Shown here: piece after piece, positions 9,907-19,900 of the stretch
Position numbering within the stretch: position 1 is the stretch's first letter
How the letters are laid out: every line of letters starts with the position of its first letter
Source: an uncultured Dokdonia sp.
Lineage (GTDB): Bacteria; Bacteroidota; Bacteroidia; Flavobacteriales; Flavobacteriaceae
Reading direction: 5' to 3'
NCBI GenBank assembly: GCA_947503305.1
Contig: CANNDF010000009.1
Location: 993-64,992 of the forward strand
DNA length: 64,000 nt
Position numbers and translations under genes: made by a program
The notes under the pieces: model-generated
Seen by the model: only the letters and a program-made list of their open reading frames with translations
Databases searched by the model: none
Told to the model about the DNA's origin: nothing

Positions 9907-11097
9907 ATGAATCTACACGAGTATCAAGGAAAAGAGATGTTAGCTAGTTTTGGCGTACGTATACAAAGAGGTATTGTCGCTACAACACCTGCAGAAGCTG
10001 TTGCTGCTGCAAAAAAACTTACAGAAGAAACCGGAACAAGTTGGCACGTTATAAAAGCACAAGTGCATGCGGGTGGCCGTGGTAAAGGTGGAGGAGTAAA
10101 ACTTGCTAAAAATCTTGAACAAGTAGAAGAAATTGCAGGTCAGATTATTGGAATGAATCTTGTAACACCACAAACAAGTGCTGAAGGTAAAAAAGTACAT
10201 CAGGTGCTTATTGCAGAAGACGTATATTACCCAGGTGATAATGAGCCCGAAGAATATTATATGTCTGTTCTCTTAAATAGAGCTAATGGTCGCAATATGA
10301 TTATGTATTCTACAGAAGGTGGTATGGATATAGAAACCGTAGCAGAAGAAACACCACACCTTATCTTTACAGAAGAGATAGATCCAGCAACAGGATTATT
10401 ACCTTTCCAAGCTCGTAAAATTGCATTCAATTTAGGATTATCTGGTACTGCTTTTAAAGAAATGACAAAATTTGTTTCTTCACTATATACTGCTTATATA
10501 AAAACAGATAGTTCCCTTTTTGAAATTAATCCTGTTTTAAAAACCAGCGATGATAAAATTATGGCTGTTGACTCTAAAGTATCTTTAGATGAAAATGCAC
10601 TTTTCCGTCATAAAGATCTTGCTGAACTCCGTGATGAACGAGAAGAAAACCCAGTAGAAGTAGAAGCAAAAGCGGTAGGTCTTAATTATGTAGACTTAGA
10701 TGGTAATGTAGGATGTATGGTAAATGGCGCAGGTCTTGCTATGGCTACTATGGATCTCATCAAACAAGCCGGAGGAGAACCAGCAAATTTTCTTGATGTA
10801 GGAGGTACTGCCGATGCAGAACGTGTAGAGATCGCTTTTGATCTTATTCTTAAAGACCCTAATGTAAAAGCAATTCTTGTGAATATCTTTGGAGGAATCG
10901 TACGTTGTGATCGTGTTGCTCAAGGGATTGTAGATGCCTATAAAAACATGGGAAATATTGAAGTACCTATTATTGTAAGATTACAAGGAACCAATGCAGA
11001 TATTGCAAAAGAACTCATAGACAATAGTGGACTCGATGTTCAAAGTGCTATAGAATTCCAAGAAGCCGCAGACAAAGTACAAGCTGTACTTGCATAG
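9907..11097 (+). CDS. sucC: Succinyl-CoA synthetase, beta subunit
   Basis: 396 aa with MNLHEYQGKE, KAQVHAGGRGKGGGV and the NIFGGIVRCD signature. Confidence 0.95.
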   Translation: MNLHEYQGKEMLASFGVRIQRGIVATTPAEAVAAAKKLTEETGTSWHVIKAQVHAGGRGKGGGVKLAKNLEQVEEIAGQIIGMNLVTPQTSAEGKKVHQVLIAEDVYYPGDNEPEEYYMSVLLNRANGRNMIMYSTEGGMDIETVAEETPHLIFTEEIDPATGLLPFQARKIAFNLGLSGTAFKEMTKFVSSLYTAYIKTDSSLFEINPVLKTSDDKIMAVDSKVSLDENALFRHKDLAELRDEREENPVEVEAKAVGLNYVDLDGNVGCMVNGAGLAMATMDLIKQAGGEPANFLDVGGTADAERVEIAFDLILKDPNVKAILVNIFGGIVRCDRVAQGIVDAYKNMGNIEVPIIVRLQGTNADIAKELIDNSGLDVQSAIEFQEAADKVQAVLA

Positions 11098-11122
11098 AGA
11101 AAATAACATTACAAATAATATC

Positions 11123-11161
11123 AAACTCTTTTAACGATATATGTTAAAAGAGTTTTTTTTA
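11123..11161 (+). terminator. Rho-independent terminator after sucC
   Basis: 13-bp perfect stem AAACTCTTTTAAC / GTTAAAAGAGTTT with a 7-nt loop, followed by a T-run. Confidence 0.75.
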
Positions 11162-11252
11162 TCCATCTCATAAATACATTTCTAAAACCCAGAAAATCTT
11201 TACTACGTCTATGATAATGCTTCTTCACAAATATTATCTATTGATTTTATGA

Positions 11253-11293
11253 TCGTTAACAACCGTTAACAATCGTTAAACAATGGTTAAATC
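11253..11293 (+). repeat. Head-to-tail decamer repeat (Y)CGTTAACAA x3 plus a degenerate fourth unit
   Basis: TCGTTAACAA, CCGTTAACAA, TCGTTAAACAA, TGGTTAAATC. The period is 10-11 nt and each unit contains the GTTAAC palindrome. Confidence 0.8.
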
Positions 11294-11369
11294 TAAAATA
11301 AGATGTAACAAAAGCTCCAAAATGCTCGTCTCTTTAGTATATCAATCTTTAATCTTAAAACGAATAATT

Positions 11370-11705
11370 ATGAGAAATTTAAAAATTTATTTAGTAGCAA
11401 TGTTACTAACAATGGGAACAGCAGTATTTGCAAACACAAATCCTGTAAAAGTAGAAAAGCCAGAAACAATTACTGAGCAAATCGCTGAATTACTTAAAAA
11501 TCCAACGTTCAAAGTAGAACAGGATATTATGGCAAAAGTAACTTTAATGGTAAATGGAGATAAGGAACTTGTCGTTCTTAATGTAGACACAGAAGATCAA
11601 AAAATTGAATCATTCATTAAAAGTAGATTAAACTACCAAAAATTAGAAACAACTGCGACACGAAGTCAATTAGTTGTACCAGTACGCGTAGTTCCAGGTG
11701 CCTAA
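11370..11705 (+). CDS. Small secreted hypothetical protein
   Basis: I prefer the ATG at 11370, which gives signal peptide MRNLKIYLVAMLLTMGTAVFA. The track start at 11283 would add a non-signal-like 29-aa leader and falls inside the decamer repeat. Confidence 0.6.
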   Translation: MRNLKIYLVAMLLTMGTAVFANTNPVKVEKPETITEQIAELLKNPTFKVEQDIMAKVTLMVNGDKELVVLNVDTEDQKIESFIKSRLNYQKLETTATRSQLVVPVRVVPGA

Positions 11706-11725
11706 TCAAACACCTAGAAAGAAGT

Positions 11726-11756
11726 AAAAGCCGAACATTAGTGTTCGGTTTTTTTG
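11726..11756 (+). terminator. Rho-independent terminator
   Basis: Stem CCGAACA / TGTTCGG with loop TTAG, an A-run on the 5' side and a T-run on the 3' side. Confidence 0.7.
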
Positions 11757-11832
11757 TTTTTAGAGATTTATGACCCATAGATTGCCTGTTAAAAGTCACT
11801 CCCCTATCTTTATTCTCCAGAAATTACTTTTT

Positions 11833-13029
11833 ATGAAGTCAATCCTAATTGCACTCCTCATTTTTGGCTCCTTCATAGGACACACACAAAATCGCTTTAC
11901 ACGCCTCTCTGAAGATGCTGAAATAAGCCTCATTACCATAGGTCCAGGTCCTGAACTATACGATTCTTTTGGACATACGGCTATTCGGGTACGTGACCCA
12001 GAATCTCAACTGGACATTGTATTCAATTATGGTCGATTTGATTTTAATACACCTAATTTTTATATGAAATTTGCAAGAGGAAAACTTTTATACTTATTAG
12101 GAGTAAGTACTTTTGATGACTTCATAACAGATTATAAAGAACAACGTCGCTGGGTCAAATCACAAATATTAAACATACGCTATACAGAAAAACTAACACT
12201 ATTTGATTTTCTTAAAAACAATGCAAAACAAGAAAACAGATCATATCTCTATGATTTTTTCTATGATAATTGTGCAACACGTCCTATAGATGCTATTAAT
12301 AGTATTTTAAATAACCAAGTGGTTTTTGATTATAGAAACTTTCCTGATGAACGTACTCACAGAAAACTTATCAGAGAAAATGTCCCTTGGAATTCATGGG
12401 GAAGTCTTGGAATGGATATAGCTATAGGTTCTGTTACAGATAAGCCAGCAACAAAAGAAGAATATTTATTTTTACCTAATTATACCATGGCAGCTTTAGA
12501 AAAAGCAGATGTCATGAGAAATAACATATTGTATCCACTTGTCTTAAGGACAGAAACACTTTTTGAACCTGCAGAAGAAAATATCTATAAAGAACGTTTC
12601 ATTACAAGTCCATTAATATTACTAGGAATACTATCGATACTCTTAGTATATAAAACGTATAAAGATTATAAAAATGACAAAGGAATTTATTTCTTAGATA
12701 CTACAATACTTATTATTATAGGGTGTATAGGGGTCTTAATTGCTCTGCTCTGGTTGGGTACAGATCATTCTTCTACTAAATGGAATTATAATTTATTATG
12801 GGCATTCCCTTTCCATATAATAGCTGGATTTGTAATCACTAAGACAAATCCTCCAAAATGGATTTACCCCTATATGAAACTAGCCCTAATCCTTATGTTC
12901 CTTTTATGCTTTCATTGGATCGTAGGAATCCAAGGGTATGCATACGCCCTTATTCCATTATTAATGGCGTTGAGTATACGCTATACCTATATGATCTATG
13001 AATTACGTAAAATAAGAGATACAAACTAA
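11833..13029 (+). CDS. DUF4105-like membrane protein
   Basis: Signal peptide MKSILIALLIFGSFIGHTQ from the ATG at 11833. The block ISLITIGPGPELYDSFGHTAIRV is the motif I associate with DUF4105. The C-terminal third is multi-TM. Confidence 0.7.
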   Translation: MKSILIALLIFGSFIGHTQNRFTRLSEDAEISLITIGPGPELYDSFGHTAIRVRDPESQLDIVFNYGRFDFNTPNFYMKFARGKLLYLLGVSTFDDFITDYKEQRRWVKSQILNIRYTEKLTLFDFLKNNAKQENRSYLYDFFYDNCATRPIDAINSILNNQVVFDYRNFPDERTHRKLIRENVPWNSWGSLGMDIAIGSVTDKPATKEEYLFLPNYTMAALEKADVMRNNILYPLVLRTETLFEPAEENIYKERFITSPLILLGILSILLVYKTYKDYKNDKGIYFLDTTILIIIGCIGVLIALLWLGTDHSSTKWNYNLLWAFPFHIIAGFVITKTNPPKWIYPYMKLALILMFLLCFHWIVGIQGYAYALIPLLMALSIRYTYMIYELRKIRDTN

Positions 13030-13032
13030 GAG

Positions 13033-14433
13033 CTACTGCCCTCTATAGAAAATGACTGTGCTTATTGTTTTAAGTACAATACTCAAATCCATAAATAGAT
13101 TACGATGTTTTATATAGTACAAGTCGTACTGTAATTTTTCTAGCGCATCGTCTTTAGAACTCCCATAACTTCCCATAACTTGAGCCCAGCCTGTTAGTCC
13201 TGGTTTTACGACATGACGTGTTTCATAAAAAGGAATTTGTTCGGATAAACCTCTCACGAATACAGGGCGTTCGGGTCTAGGACCTATAACACTCATTTCT
13301 CCAAATAATACATTAAAAAATTGAGGGATTTCATCCAGTCTAGAACGTCTTAAAAATTTTCCAAATCGCGTTATTCGTACATCATTTTTTTGTGCCCATA
13401 CAGCTCCATCTTTCTCCGCATCTTTAATCATCGTACGGAGCTTAATAATTTTAAACGCGCGACCATTACGGCCTATCCTGCTTTGCGAGTAAAATAAAGG
13501 GCCCCTATTTGCAAAAAGATTTCCTATAAAAATAAGTGGGGAAATAAAAATAAAAAACCCAATCCCTAACAGGGCCATTAGGATGTCAAATAGTCTATGA
13601 AAAAATTGATAAAACTTATTTTGATTACTTCTACTAAACGGGAAATAACGATAGAAATCTTTATCTACATACTGTACGGGTATACGCTGTGTAATCTCCT
13701 CATATACTTGCATGTACTCTCGTATCGGAAATCCAGATTCGAGTAAATTAATAAGTTGTAAGTACAATGGTTTTGATACTCCGTCACTATAATCACTAGC
13801 GACTACGATTTCAGATATGCCATTTTGTGAGACTGTTCTGGTCAACGCTTCTGTTGGAAATTCTATAACTTTATCTGAAATCTTTTGAGTATCAATAGTC
13901 CTCGTTTTATCCGTATTAATAAATCCTACAATTTTATAATTAGGGTCTGCGCCTTCCAGATTATTAATAATCTTTTTAATATCAAAAGAATCCCCTACAA
14001 CCAATACTCTTTTATAAAATCTAGGCGAAGAAATGAGAGAAATATATAGCCATCGCCAAAACAATATCCCAATAGTCATTGCCAAAAAGAAATAAATAAT
14101 CTGAAGTCTGTTTTCTGGAAGAACTGGCGTATAGAATGGAGTTAAAAGAAAAAATAGTGTAGTAACGGATACTGCAAGTAATGTGTTTTTTAAGACTATC
14201 TGAAACTTTGAGGCTTGCTGTAAATTATATAATTCAAATACAGTTCCAAAAACAGTAAGATATCCTCCCAGTACAATAGTCCATTCCCAATTTTGCTGAC
14301 TTATTGTAAAATAATCAAAATCAAAAAAATTGCCTATTAATTGCAGACATACAAACACAAAGACAAGATCCAATATACGAAGTAGGACTTTGCGCTCAGA
14401 AATTTCAAAATGAATATCTGGTAAGAGTGCCAT
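13033..14433 (-). CDS. Polyprenyl-phosphate glycosyl-1-phosphate transferase (WbaP/EpsL-type initiating sugar transferase)
   Basis: TM-rich N-terminal half. The C-terminal domain FKIIKLRTM..DEIPQFFNVLFGEMSVIGPRPERP is the bacterial sugar transferase signature. The start may be 14433 (MALLPD) or 14511. Confidence 0.85.
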   Translation of the reverse strand: MALLPDIHFEISERKVLLRILDLVFVFVCLQLIGNFFDFDYFTISQQNWEWTIVLGGYLTVFGTVFELYNLQQASKFQIVLKNTLLAVSVTTLFFLLTPFYTPVLPENRLQIIYFFLAMTIGILFWRWLYISLISSPRFYKRVLVVGDSFDIKKIINNLEGADPNYKIVGFINTDKTRTIDTQKISDKVIEFPTEALTRTVSQNGISEIVVASDYSDGVSKPLYLQLINLLESGFPIREYMQVYEEITQRIPVQYVDKDFYRYFPFSRSNQNKFYQFFHRLFDILMALLGIGFFIFISPLIFIGNLFANRGPLFYSQSRIGRNGRAFKIIKLRTMIKDAEKDGAVWAQKNDVRITRFGKFLRRSRLDEIPQFFNVLFGEMSVIGPRPERPVFVRGLSEQIPFYETRHVVKPGLTGWAQVMGSYGSSKDDALEKLQYDLYYIKHRNLFMDLSIVLKTISTVIFYRGQ

Positions 14434-14468
14434 AAATAGGTTAGTTCCTGTAAAGATATTACATTTTT

Positions 14469-15485
14469 TTAGGAGAGTATATCGCTCCAAAGGGTTTTGA
14501 CTTGAGTCCAATCAAATTTTTCTGCCTTTATTCTCGCATTTTTACTTATTGTAGACGCTAATACAGGGGTTTCTAGAAGTAATTGAATTTTTTCAGTAAA
14601 AGTTATAATATCTTTTGGAGGGCTTAATAGACCATCAATCTCATTTTCAATAAGAAATGGTATTCCCCCAACATCTGTAGATATAACGGGTAAGCCTATA
14701 GCCATGGCTTCAATGACACTAACGGGTGTATTATCAAAGTCTGTTGTACTTATAAATAGATCATGCGTAGTTCCCAATGCGATCCATTCTGCCTTTGATA
14801 ATTTTCCTGTAAATGTTACAGGGAGATTATTAGCTTTCGCGAAAGCGGTACACTCTTCATAACTCTCGTCCTTTCGAGGGCCTACCATTGTAAGTATTGC
14901 CTCAGGATATTTTTTGTGTAGTTCTTGTAACACTTTAAGGGCCATAATGGGATTATAAATGTGCGCAAAAGAGCGTACCCATAATAAAGTAGGAGTATAT
15001 TTTTCTCTTATTTTAAAAGGATAATTATCTATCTCTATACTATTAGGAATATGGATAACATTAGAAAAACCTTCTTCATTAAAAGCATTTAATAAATACC
15101 TTGATGGTGCAATATTTATTTTTGCATTATTAAAAAGTTTTTGAGCACTTTTTTGACTTCTTTTAATACGCATAGGTAAGTTACCGCCATGTAAAATAGG
15201 GATATAAGGAATTTTAAAAAGCCTACATAATTTTGCAACATATATCGCATACCAATAATTTGCTGTGCTATATGTATCTATCAGTACTGTATTTACCGTA
15301 TTCCTATTTGTAATTACCGACCATAACATATCTAATAATCGAAGCGCCTTATTACGTATATGTGAGGATACAATAACATGATAACCTTCTTCTTTGAGCG
15401 AATTACTCAAAGTATCAATAGTAGATACCGTATTACCTTTATGAGATAATGCGTTTCCTATGTATAGAAGACTTTTTCTTTTCAT
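14469..15485 (-). CDS. Glycosyltransferase, GT4-like (GT-B)
   Basis: N-terminus KSLLYIGNALSHKGN and C-terminal E-x7-E-like region VSVIEAMAIGLPVISTDVGGIPFLIENEIDG. Confidence 0.8.
   Translation of the reverse strand: MKRKSLLYIGNALSHKGNTVSTIDTLSNSLKEEGYHVIVSSHIRNKALRLLDMLWSVITNRNTVNTVLIDTYSTANYWYAIYVAKLCRLFKIPYIPILHGGNLPMRIKRSQKSAQKLFNNAKINIAPSRYLLNAFNEEGFSNVIHIPNSIEIDNYPFKIREKYTPTLLWVRSFAHIYNPIMALKVLQELHKKYPEAILTMVGPRKDESYEECTAFAKANNLPVTFTGKLSKAEWIALGTTHDLFISTTDFDNTPVSVIEAMAIGLPVISTDVGGIPFLIENEIDGLLSPPKDIITFTEKIQLLLETPVLASTISKNARIKAEKFDWTQVKTLWSDILS
14833..14846. repeat. Iterated palindrome, exact copy, inside the GT4 CDS
   Basis: Exact GCTTTCGCGAAAGC. It is read on the minus strand as A-F-A-K-A (CTAFAKANN). 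Confidence 0.95.
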
Positions 15486-16797
15486 GAACAACGTTTAGAA
15501 GGCATAGTGCGTATATAAATGCAGGAGCTGCAATACGCATAGACGAGTGATTGATCGTCAGAAACCAAAATCCTAATACAGAATAGAACAAATAATTACG
15601 TTTATTTTTAAAACGATAGATTAAAGGATATATTAATAAAATAGAAAGAGCAAGAATACCGGCAATACCGTGTTCTGACAATAACCTACTTATTTCATTA
15701 TGCGATGCAGCAGAGATTCCTAATTGTTCTTTGCGATATTCTTTTATCTTACCCACTCCTACTCCTGTTACTGGATTTGCATAAAAGGCCTCAAGTTCAG
15801 AATTAATCAATATACTTCTACCTGTCGACACATCTTCTTTAATTCTACCTGCGGCATCCTTATTTGCATATCGTTTGTCTATAAGTCCTTCTGTACGGGT
15901 AGAACTAAGAATCCATGTCAAACTTCCAGTAAAGACAATAATTAATGTTAATGCAGTAAGTCTGCCTCTCATTTTTGTTGAAGCTCCCTGAAAATAAATA
16001 AAAATAAACACAGCACTTATAATCACAGCAGTAAGTACGCCTCCTCTTGAAAAGGTAACTATAGCTCTATATCCTAATAAAGAAAGTAATCCTAAATTAA
16101 AAAGATTAACCGTAAGGTATTTTGTTTGAGTTACCAATTGTACAATGACCATAAAAATTCCTAATCCTAAAGCTGTAGCTACTTGATTAGGACCAAAACC
16201 TCCTGAAGTTGCAAAGTTAGAGCCCGTACCCGTTAATGCTTCTCTAGTATCTGGCGTATAAAAATATAAGTAGACTCCCATTGCTACTATAGGCATTAAT
16301 ATAGCCCAACAAACTTCTTGAAGCTTCTTATATGATATCTTCCTGTCTACACAATATAAAGCCGCTATCCCTAGACAAAAAGGACCACTTAAATTAAATA
16401 TCACCGCTTTTCTAAAGTCTGTAGCATAATCTAAGGTTATAGATGAAATTATAATTGCTGGTATGAGAAACAATAGATACAACCAATAAGGCCCTGATTT
16501 CCTGGAGGTTCCGCTAAGGAAAAGACCTAACAAAATAAAGAATATCACTCCATACTTACCTGCTTCATAAGCAAATGAAGCCGACGTCATTCTAAAAAAT
16601 ACTTCACCCCCAGCAATATAGCCCGCTGCAAGTAATGCCATGTCATTCCTATTTCCTTTTTTTAAAATTTCATAAAGAAAAAAAGCACAGGCTCCTAGAA
16701 AATATACCTTAGCAAAAGGCCTAAAAGCATACACAACTAATCCAATAATCACATGGATAATTAATAAAATGACGTATATGTTTTGTTTTTTAACCAA
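15439..16797 (-). CDS. O-antigen ligase / polymerase family (Wzy_C-type) integral membrane protein
   Basis: 452 aa with more than 10 predicted TM helices. It has a large loop and a SRGGVLTAVIIS..HNEISRLLSEHGIAG-type signature typical of the Wzy_C/WaaL family. Confidence 0.7.
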   Translation of the reverse strand: MVKKQNIYVILLIIHVIIGLVVYAFRPFAKVYFLGACAFFLYEILKKGNRNDMALLAAGYIAGGEVFFRMTSASFAYEAGKYGVIFFILLGLFLSGTSRKSGPYWLYLLFLIPAIIISSITLDYATDFRKAVIFNLSGPFCLGIAALYCVDRKISYKKLQEVCWAILMPIVAMGVYLYFYTPDTREALTGTGSNFATSGGFGPNQVATALGLGIFMVIVQLVTQTKYLTVNLFNLGLLSLLGYRAIVTFSRGGVLTAVIISAVFIFIYFQGASTKMRGRLTALTLIIVFTGSLTWILSSTRTEGLIDKRYANKDAAGRIKEDVSTGRSILINSELEAFYANPVTGVGVGKIKEYRKEQLGISAASHNEISRLLSEHGIAGILALSILLIYPLIYRFKNKRNYLFYSVLGFWFLTINHSSMRIAAPAFIYALCLLNVVHEKKKSSIHRKRIIS

Positions 16798-17866
16798 TAA
16801 CTTCTGAATATAGATTTACAATTTGCTTGAGAATACTTCCCGAACTATACGCACTTTTTACATGATTATGAAATGCCTTTTTATCCTGATCGTATTTTAT
16901 ACGATCATTCAGATAATCTATTATCCCTTTTGCAAACGCTTTCTTATTTCCATATTTTACAAAGGTACCATAATCCTTTACGACTAATGCGCATTGCCCT
17001 ACATCCGTTACAACAACAGCCAGTCTAGCTCTGCCATATTCTAATAATGCCATAGGCAGGCCTTCTGACGATGATGCTAAAACTCCTATATCACATTGTA
17101 GTAAAACGGATTCAGGTTGTGCCACTTTTCCGTAAATAAAAATGTGTTCTCCCAAATCATTCTCTTTAATAAATACTCGCAATGAATTGCTATAGGCATC
17201 TTGATAATCTTCTCCTATAAGATGAAGTGTAACTTCTGGAACTTCTTGAGAAACTAAGGCAAAACTTTCTAATAAAAAAGTATGCCCTTTTGGATTTTTG
17301 AGGTTTGCCAGACACACAATACGCTTTCCTTGAATACCGCCTATAGGTGTGCGTTTTATTTCTTGTCTATTATCAAATTCTACAAAATTTGATATATATA
17401 TTACTTTTTGACTATTGAGATGTTGTTCTGCCCAAATGAGTAATTCATCATTTACTGCAATAATTGTATCAAAATTATAGGAGCATATTTTAAGACTGTA
17501 TAAAGCTTTTTTACTAATAAGTATACTTGCTCCTAGATGGTTATGCCATATCAACTTAAGAGATGGATTGCTAAGTTTTAATAACGTTGCTATGAAATAT
17601 GAAGAACCATGAGCATGAATACAATCAATATGTTCCTTTTTGATATAACGACTTAATCGTAGTAATGCATTAATATCTAATGTGCGTTTACGTTTTAAAA
17701 ACAGATAACTTACATGAGTATCCAACATTTCTCGCAAATCCCCCTCAGCACGAGTCGTACAGAGATATGACCGTTCTATTTGAGGAGCAAGCATGTTTGC
17801 ATAATTTACCGCCATACGTTCTGCTCCTCCTAGTCGAAGACTGTCTATAAGCTGCATTACCCGCAT
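16790..17866 (-). CDS. Glycosyltransferase, GT4-like
   Basis: MRVMQLIDSLRLGGAERM N-terminus; SSSEGLPMALLEYGRARLAVVVTDVGQ in the C-terminal domain. Confidence 0.8.
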   Translation of the reverse strand: MRVMQLIDSLRLGGAERMAVNYANMLAPQIERSYLCTTRAEGDLREMLDTHVSYLFLKRKRTLDINALLRLSRYIKKEHIDCIHAHGSSYFIATLLKLSNPSLKLIWHNHLGASILISKKALYSLKICSYNFDTIIAVNDELLIWAEQHLNSQKVIYISNFVEFDNRQEIKRTPIGGIQGKRIVCLANLKNPKGHTFLLESFALVSQEVPEVTLHLIGEDYQDAYSNSLRVFIKENDLGEHIFIYGKVAQPESVLLQCDIGVLASSSEGLPMALLEYGRARLAVVVTDVGQCALVVKDYGTFVKYGNKKAFAKGIIDYLNDRIKYDQDKKAFHNHVKSAYSSGSILKQIVNLYSEVIG

Positions 17867-18972
17867 AAAAATTGTTTTATAGCTTCTTCAAACTGATCTA
17901 ATGTATATTGATGTGACCACTCTTGAGATGCATGAGACATCATTTGAAGTTTGCTAGGATTTGATATTGCTTTCGCGAAAGCAGTAACATCTTTCTCAAG
18001 ATCTAAACTTACTAATACCCCTCGTTTACCATGATCTAGCATCCAAGGCACACATGAAATTGAAGTTCCTAAAGGAATCACTCCCCAAAACATAGCCTCA
18101 GCAATAACTTTAGGCCAGCCTTCTGACTTTGAAGGTAAGATTAAAAAATGTGAATTTAAGTATGCCTCTCTAATGACAGTTGCATTTTGATTTCCATGTA
18201 ATGTTACATTATTTTCTAGCTTATGATTCTTAATGTATTTTTCAATAGCTTCTCTTTGGTTTCCTTCTCCATAGAAATCAAGAGAGATATCAATAGCAGA
18301 TTCTAGACATTTCTTTATAAATTCTAAGGCGTACATTGGACGTTTTCCTGGTGACAAACTTCCTACAAATATCATTTTGTAAGGTGCAACATACGTGAGT
18401 GTATTTATCTCTGGAATTGCCGATTTTTGGTATGATGCTGTAAAAAAGGAGGTGATATTTTTACTTTGACCTGGCCAATTACCATAGACAAGAACATTCA
18501 TGTTTTTTGTTAAAAATGTATTACTTAATATCTTTTTTTGCAACGTATAACTCCATGGTTGTTTTGCCTTTGGATCCCAATTTCCAGCATATTTTGCTGT
18601 TTTCAATTTGGATGGAAATACTATCTGAACAATAGCTCCCAATAATCCTATATTTCCTGGGCATCTTAAATGAATATGATCTGCATTACGCATCGCTTTA
18701 AAAAGACGATAGCATATCATAGGAATTTTATATACACATTGTAATAGCTTCTTTAATGAGAGTAGCGATAGTTGAGGTATTCTTGTAAAAATAACCTCTT
18801 TTGAATATGGCAGGTCAATAGGGTCTATATTGCCTTTTATTTGATGGGCTACGACTTCTACTGTGTCACTATGTTTTATCCATAAATTCATCTCTTTGAC
18901 ATAAGGCCCATATCCATAGTAATGACCGTCTTTCAATCTATGTTGCACATGTGTTATAATGAGTAATCGCAT
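17857..18972 (-). CDS. Glycosyltransferase, GT4-like
   Basis: 371 aa with the GT-B C-terminal motif LPSKSEGWPKVIAEAMFWGVIPLGTSISCVP. Confidence 0.7.
   Translation of the reverse strand: MRLLIITHVQHRLKDGHYYGYGPYVKEMNLWIKHSDTVEVVAHQIKGNIDPIDLPYSKEVIFTRIPQLSLLSLKKLLQCVYKIPMICYRLFKAMRNADHIHLRCPGNIGLLGAIVQIVFPSKLKTAKYAGNWDPKAKQPWSYTLQKKILSNTFLTKNMNVLVYGNWPGQSKNITSFFTASYQKSAIPEINTLTYVAPYKMIFVGSLSPGKRPMYALEFIKKCLESAIDISLDFYGEGNQREAIEKYIKNHKLENNVTLHGNQNATVIREAYLNSHFLILPSKSEGWPKVIAEAMFWGVIPLGTSISCVPWMLDHGKRGVLVSLDLEKDVTAFAKAISNPSKLQMMSHASQEWSHQYTLDQFEEAIKQFLCG
17968..17983. repeat. Iterated palindrome, exact core extended to a 16-mer, inside a GT CDS
   Basis: TGCTTTCGCGAAAGCA, read as A-F-A-K-A (TAFAKAIS). 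Confidence 0.95.
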
Positions 18973-18982
18973 ATACTATAGT

Positions 18983-19900
18983 TTATATGGTAAACCATCT
19001 CATAAAAGGGTTCCAAGCATTATAACCTATTTTTCGTGAAAGGAAAGGTTGTTTATCTATCTGCTCTTTAGGTATACAAAGCCAATTCTTATTTGTTTTC
19101 ACTTGAAAATCAGCTATATCTATTGGACTAATTCTTGTTTTATCTATATAGAAAGATATGTAATCTAAAGACTCCATAAGTTCAAACAATTTTTCTAACG
19201 TCACTCCACCCCGTTTTTCTAAATATCTTGCATTTGCTTCTAAAATAACAAATGGTTTATGTTTTTCAATTAATGACATAGCACCAAGTATGACTTGATA
19301 TTCAAACCCTTCTACATCTATTAAGATAGTAGATAGTGATTTTTCTTCTTTTAATGAATCATCTAAGCGAACTGCATCTACTTCTATCGTATTTTCTGTT
19401 ACCGCTTGAGCAACAAAACCAGATCCTGAATACGTTATCTCTGGTTCTTCAAAGAGTACCTTCCCAGAAGTATCACTAACTGCTTTATTAAATATCTCTA
19501 TTACAGAAGAGGGGTTTATTTCTTTTATTTTTTCCAAATAGTTATAATTAAAAGGTACTGGTTCATAAGCGTAAACCTTTTCTTTTTTACTAATATCGGC
19601 AAGCGATACAGTCTCTGTCCCTACATTTGCTCCTACCTCAACAATAGATCCAGGTTTAAGCATTTGGATTGCCTTTGAGAGAATAATATTTCGCCAGTCA
19701 AAATAGCCATGTATAAGAACTTTGAGTGCATGAAAATCACGTGTATTCCCTACAAAAACTCCTCCTGTAAACACCCGTGTATTAAAATCTCTAGCTAGGG
19801 TTTCACCTTCTTTTAAATTAATAAAAAAACTCCTAAACCGCTGTGCTAGGATCGGAGGCATAAAATAACATAAAAACCGTATCAGATATATTTTAAACAT
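18983..19900 (-). CDS. FkbM-family SAM-dependent methyltransferase
   Basis: 305 aa. The VEVGANVGTETVSLA glycine-rich motif and IDVEGFEYQVILG are typical of the FkbM family. Confidence 0.75.
   Translation of the reverse strand: MFKIYLIRFLCYFMPPILAQRFRSFFINLKEGETLARDFNTRVFTGGVFVGNTRDFHALKVLIHGYFDWRNIILSKAIQMLKPGSIVEVGANVGTETVSLADISKKEKVYAYEPVPFNYNYLEKIKEINPSSVIEIFNKAVSDTSGKVLFEEPEITYSGSGFVAQAVTENTIEVDAVRLDDSLKEEKSLSTILIDVEGFEYQVILGAMSLIEKHKPFVILEANARYLEKRGGVTLEKLFELMESLDYISFYIDKTRISPIDIADFQVKTNKNWLCIPKEQIDKQPFLSRKIGYNAWNPFMRWFTI

Noticed and set aside
11283-11369. Track start at 11283 for the small secreted protein
   Set aside because: The internal ATG at 11370 yields a clean signal peptide. 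The longer form begins inside the decamer repeat and adds a non-signal-like leader.
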